Origin: Mytilus trossulus
Lineage: Eukaryota
Assembly (NCBI RefSeq): GCF_036588685.1
Contig: NC_086373.1
Span: 6,820,001 to 6,884,000, forward strand
DNA: 64,000 nt
Direction: 5' to 3'
Numbering within the stretch: the first letter of the stretch is position 1; every line of letters begins with the position of its first letter. A model generated the notes under the pieces. The model worked only from the letters and a program-made list of their open reading frames with translations. It had not been told where the DNA came from and ran no database searches. Positions 60,801 through 64,000 of this stretch are shown here, piece by piece. The position numbers and the translations under genes were made by a program.

Positions 60801-63609
60801 GTCAAGGTAGTGTTTAATGAAGTTGAAGTCCAATCAACTTGAAACTTAGGTCACATGTTCCCCATGATATGATCTTTCTAATTTTAATGCCAAATTATAG
60901 TTTTGACCCCAGTTTCATGGTTCACTGAACATAGAAAATGATAGTGTGAAATTCAGGTTAAAGTTTTTGGTCAAGGTAGTTTTTGGTGAAGTTGAAGTCC
61001 AATCAACTTGAAACTTAGTACACATGTTCCCCATGATATGATATTTCTAATTTTAATTCCAAATTAAAGTTTTGACCCCAATTTCACGGTCCACTGAACA
61101 TAGAAAATGATAGTGCGAGTGGGGCATCCATGTACTATGGACACATTCTTGTTTATTTCATACATTTTTGTAAATGGGAGATAACCACTTTTCAATACAT
61201 AGCATGTCTGTCAATCTTAACAGTTCATACAACCCAAGAGCATATTTTTTATTAACTCAAGCTCTAGTATAATGTAAAATGAGTATTTATATTTATATTT
61301 TTGATATTTGATGATAGCCTTTATATTTAATAAATTTTAATTTCAGTAATTTAGAACTTTATAAAGAATTTCCTGAAGAGTTGTTTAGTATAGCCCTCCA
61401 TCCCTCTGGTCTTTATATACTTGTTGGTTTCAATGACAAACTGAGGTTACAGAACCTGTTAATAGATGACATCAGAACATTCAAAGAATTCAACATTAGA
61501 GGCTGCAGGGAGGTAAATATAATTTAAAAGAAATAAGTTTTAAACTTTGGTCAGTAATACAGCCATATTATTTCGATATGAGAACAATTTATCCAAGGAA
61601 ATGTTTTCTTTGTATAGCCATTTGAATGAACATCAAAATAAAGAGAATGTCATAATATTTGCTTATTAAATTGTAAATAAATGTAATAACATATTTGAAC
61701 AGAAGAAATAACTTTTTAAAACTTGTCTTGTTATCAGTTAATAAGATTATCTTCAAGGAGGTAAATTTAAGGGAACATTATTTTTTTGAGGAAATTTAAT
61801 TTATTGATGTAACCTGTATTACAAATAAGTCAATAACTAATACTCTGATATTTTACAGTGTACCTTCAGTAATGGCGGCCATCTATTCGCTGCTGTTAGT
61901 AACAATGTCATCCAGATCTTCTCCACTACAACCTTTGAAGATGTCGCCACCCTCAGAGGTCACAATGGCAAGGTCAGATCTATAACATTCAGTAATGATG
62001 ACACCAAGTTAGTGTCATGTGGTATGGAGGGAGCTGTTTATGAATGGAACATCTTTACATCTAAGAGAATTCGTGAGAATGTGGAGAAGGCCTGTAGTTA
62101 CACTGGAGTTTCTGTAACAGCTGACAACAAAACAATATATACAGTTGGAACAGACAAGAGAATTAAAGAACTTGCTGATTTTGAGGTAAGATGATCATTC
62201 AAGGCTAAATGTTAAACTTTTTCTATACTTGATCTTCAAATTAGAAAAATGCTGACCTTTAACTTATATCAAAATGCAAAAGAAAATATACCGCAATATT
62301 CTACTTGCTTATGAACATGCAGTTCTGTATTGGAACATTTAAAATTTTTATAAGCATCATTCCATTTTATGTCTTAAAAAGATTTCATGTACCATAATCA
62401 AAATGAGACTTCCTAGCACACACTTTTATCTCTGTTTTTATGATGAAAATTAAAAAGTGTAAACTCTAATTCACTTAATCATAAATGTTTATTAAAATAA
62501 TCAATCATTTAATATATTGAACGAAAAATGGTTTAGATATGTAAGAATATTAAAAAAATAATAAAAATGTCTCTTATTTAGGTTGTAAGGAACATACCAG
62601 TTGGTGATATATCATTAACAACAGTTGCCCTGTCACATTCTGGTCGTATGTTGTTTGGAGGTACAGCAAGGGGATCTGTTTGGTCATTCAAATTTCCATT
62701 GACTATGCCTGTTGATGGTAAACCTACATGGGAAGAGAAACCAGGTCATGGCATGGCTATTACTAAGGTAAGTTATATTTGTATTTATTGTCTTCAAGTT
62801 ATCTTATGAATTATCTCCCTTCCCAATGAAATGAAACATTTATATGAGTGGTCCATAACTTCTGTGTTTTATCTTCAATACTTTTAACGGTATTTCCATT
62901 TTGAATTTTGCTCAGAGTTCAGTATTTTTGTGATTTTACTTTTTCACATTGAATATTTTCACAATCAGCCTTAATTTAATCCTACAATTGTTACTTTTAA
63001 ACAATATTTCAAATGCTTTTGTTTTCTAATTTAGATGAAGATCACTTATGATGACCAGTTTTTGGTGACTGTTTCTGAAGATGCCTGTGTAATGTTATGG
63101 AAGCTAAGGGATCAGGAAGCAAGAGGGGTTTCTAAACGGGATAAAGATATTGGATGGACAGAAGAAATTCTCATTACTAAGAGTGATTTGGAAGATAAGG
63201 TATGTTAACAACATATTTTACAGTTATGTCTTGAATATTATATAGCTTTAATCCTCTGCAAGTGCTGTACAGGTCTAAAAATCTTCCTATTTACTTTCAT
63301 TTTTCAAGTTCATATTTTACAGATAATCCATTAAAATACTGGTAACATTTTAGTTATTTACAATACCAGATAGATTGTTGTGATACATATCTTTCTTGCA
63401 TATCAATGAGATTCTATACAATTGAAATTTATCAAATGACTTTATTTTAACAGAACAACCAAATGGCTGAGTTGAAACAGAGAGTACAAGAATTACAAAC
63501 AGAAAATGAGTATCAGCTCAGATTAAAAGACATGAGTTACAATGAGAAAATAAAGGAATTGACAGAGAAATTCATTGAAGAAATGGAGGCATTAAAAACC
63601 AAAAACCAG
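57888..63609 (+). CDS. CFAP57: Cilia- and flagella-associated protein 57 (WDR65), first 10 coding exons; continues beyond the window
   Basis: Exons 57888-58361, 58973-59220, 59472-59631, 59851-60003, 60293-60438, 61347-61512, 61859-62185, 62582-62767, 63035-63199, 63454-63609; GT-AG, phases consistent. WD40 repeats (HIFGLK...[10 protein letters not shown]; [22 protein letters not shown]; [15 protein letters not shown]) followed by a coiled coil ([40 protein letters not shown]). Confidence 0.95.
58395..58670. mobile_element. Nin-domain-like SINE with a ~50 bp nested insertion
   Basis: Same family as 29740-30010; interrupted at aactata|ggtcac by an insert ending CTGGGGAGAACACTG (58517-58531). 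Confidence 0.75.
60695..61152. mobile_element. Helentron/pearl-like element with two ~170 bp units
   Basis: TTTTTATGCCCCACCTAC..GTAGAGGGGCAT hairpin, (CGTT/CGTC)n microsatellite, duplicated TTCAGGTTAAAGTTTTTGGTCAAGGTAG unit, ends GGACACATTCTTGTT. Confidence 0.8.
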
Positions 63610-63889
63610 GTAAATTATGTGGTCTATCTTTAAAATGTTGCCTAAATAACTTCAATTATGTAAGTCAAGGAATAGTTTCTATACACCACAAATAAATGTT
63701 TTACCATATACTATTATATAAGGCTTGAATATTGAAATTGCCAAAATAAAGAAAGAATTCAACAATTTGTTTTTTTCTACAGTACTTCCGCTTTATTTTG
63801 AAGACGGAAGGATTTTTTTCCAATGTCCTACAAATTTCAATTGGAACAATATATAGCAAATTAAAATGCTTTAAAATTAATAGTTTTAT

Positions 63890-63992
63890 GCTGAAAATTG
63901 TACTGTGACCTATAGTTGTTAATTTCTGTGTCATATTGGTCTCTTGTGGAAAGTTGTCTCCTTGGCAAACATACCACATCTTCTTTTTTATA
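63890..63992. mobile_element. Nin-domain-like SINE fragment
   Basis: gtgacctatagttgttaatttctgtgtc...ggtctcttgtggaaagttgtctc..tggcaaacataccacatcttctttttt. Confidence 0.7.
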
Positions 63993-64000
63993 ATTAATCA

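Noticed and set aside
61970-61980. Possible donor AAG|GTCAGA inside the CFAP57 exon at 61859-62185
   Set aside because: The frame continues with conserved WD40 sequence ([22 protein letters not shown]), so no intron is needed here.

Overview
AT-rich, intron-rich animal genomic DNA. The repeat families look bivalve, probably Mytilus-like (inference, not tested). Six conserved genes can be reconstructed from GT-AG splice sites and reading-frame continuity: the last two exons of glycogen debranching enzyme AGL (+), complete LMBRD2 (-, 12 coding exons, ~713 aa), CRCP/RPC9 (+, single coding exon), NDUFB6 (-, 4 exons), ALKBH7 (-, 4 exons) and the 5' part of CFAP57/WDR65 (+). LMBRD2/CRCP and ALKBH7/CFAP57 are head-to-head pairs. 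Introns and intergenic DNA are dense with non-autonomous transposons (TA, TTAA, 5, 7, 8 and 9 bp target-site duplications), Helentron/pearl-like elements with internal ~145-200 bp arrays, SINEs, a 1.8 kb near-perfect tandem duplication and a 4.8 kb GACA/GATA-rich satellite. The most unusual signal is tandem amplification of splice junctions. LMBRD2 has a 21-copy 73 bp array of one 3' splice site, each unit being a 36 nt in-frame exon start plus a 37 nt GT...AG spacer, and a 5-copy 33 bp in-frame array of the next exon's 5' splice site. Older exon-edge duplications occur in CRCP and ALKBH7. Also notable are 27-40 bp hairpin-only mobile elements with 7 bp TSDs. All coordinates were read by eye; no database searches were run.
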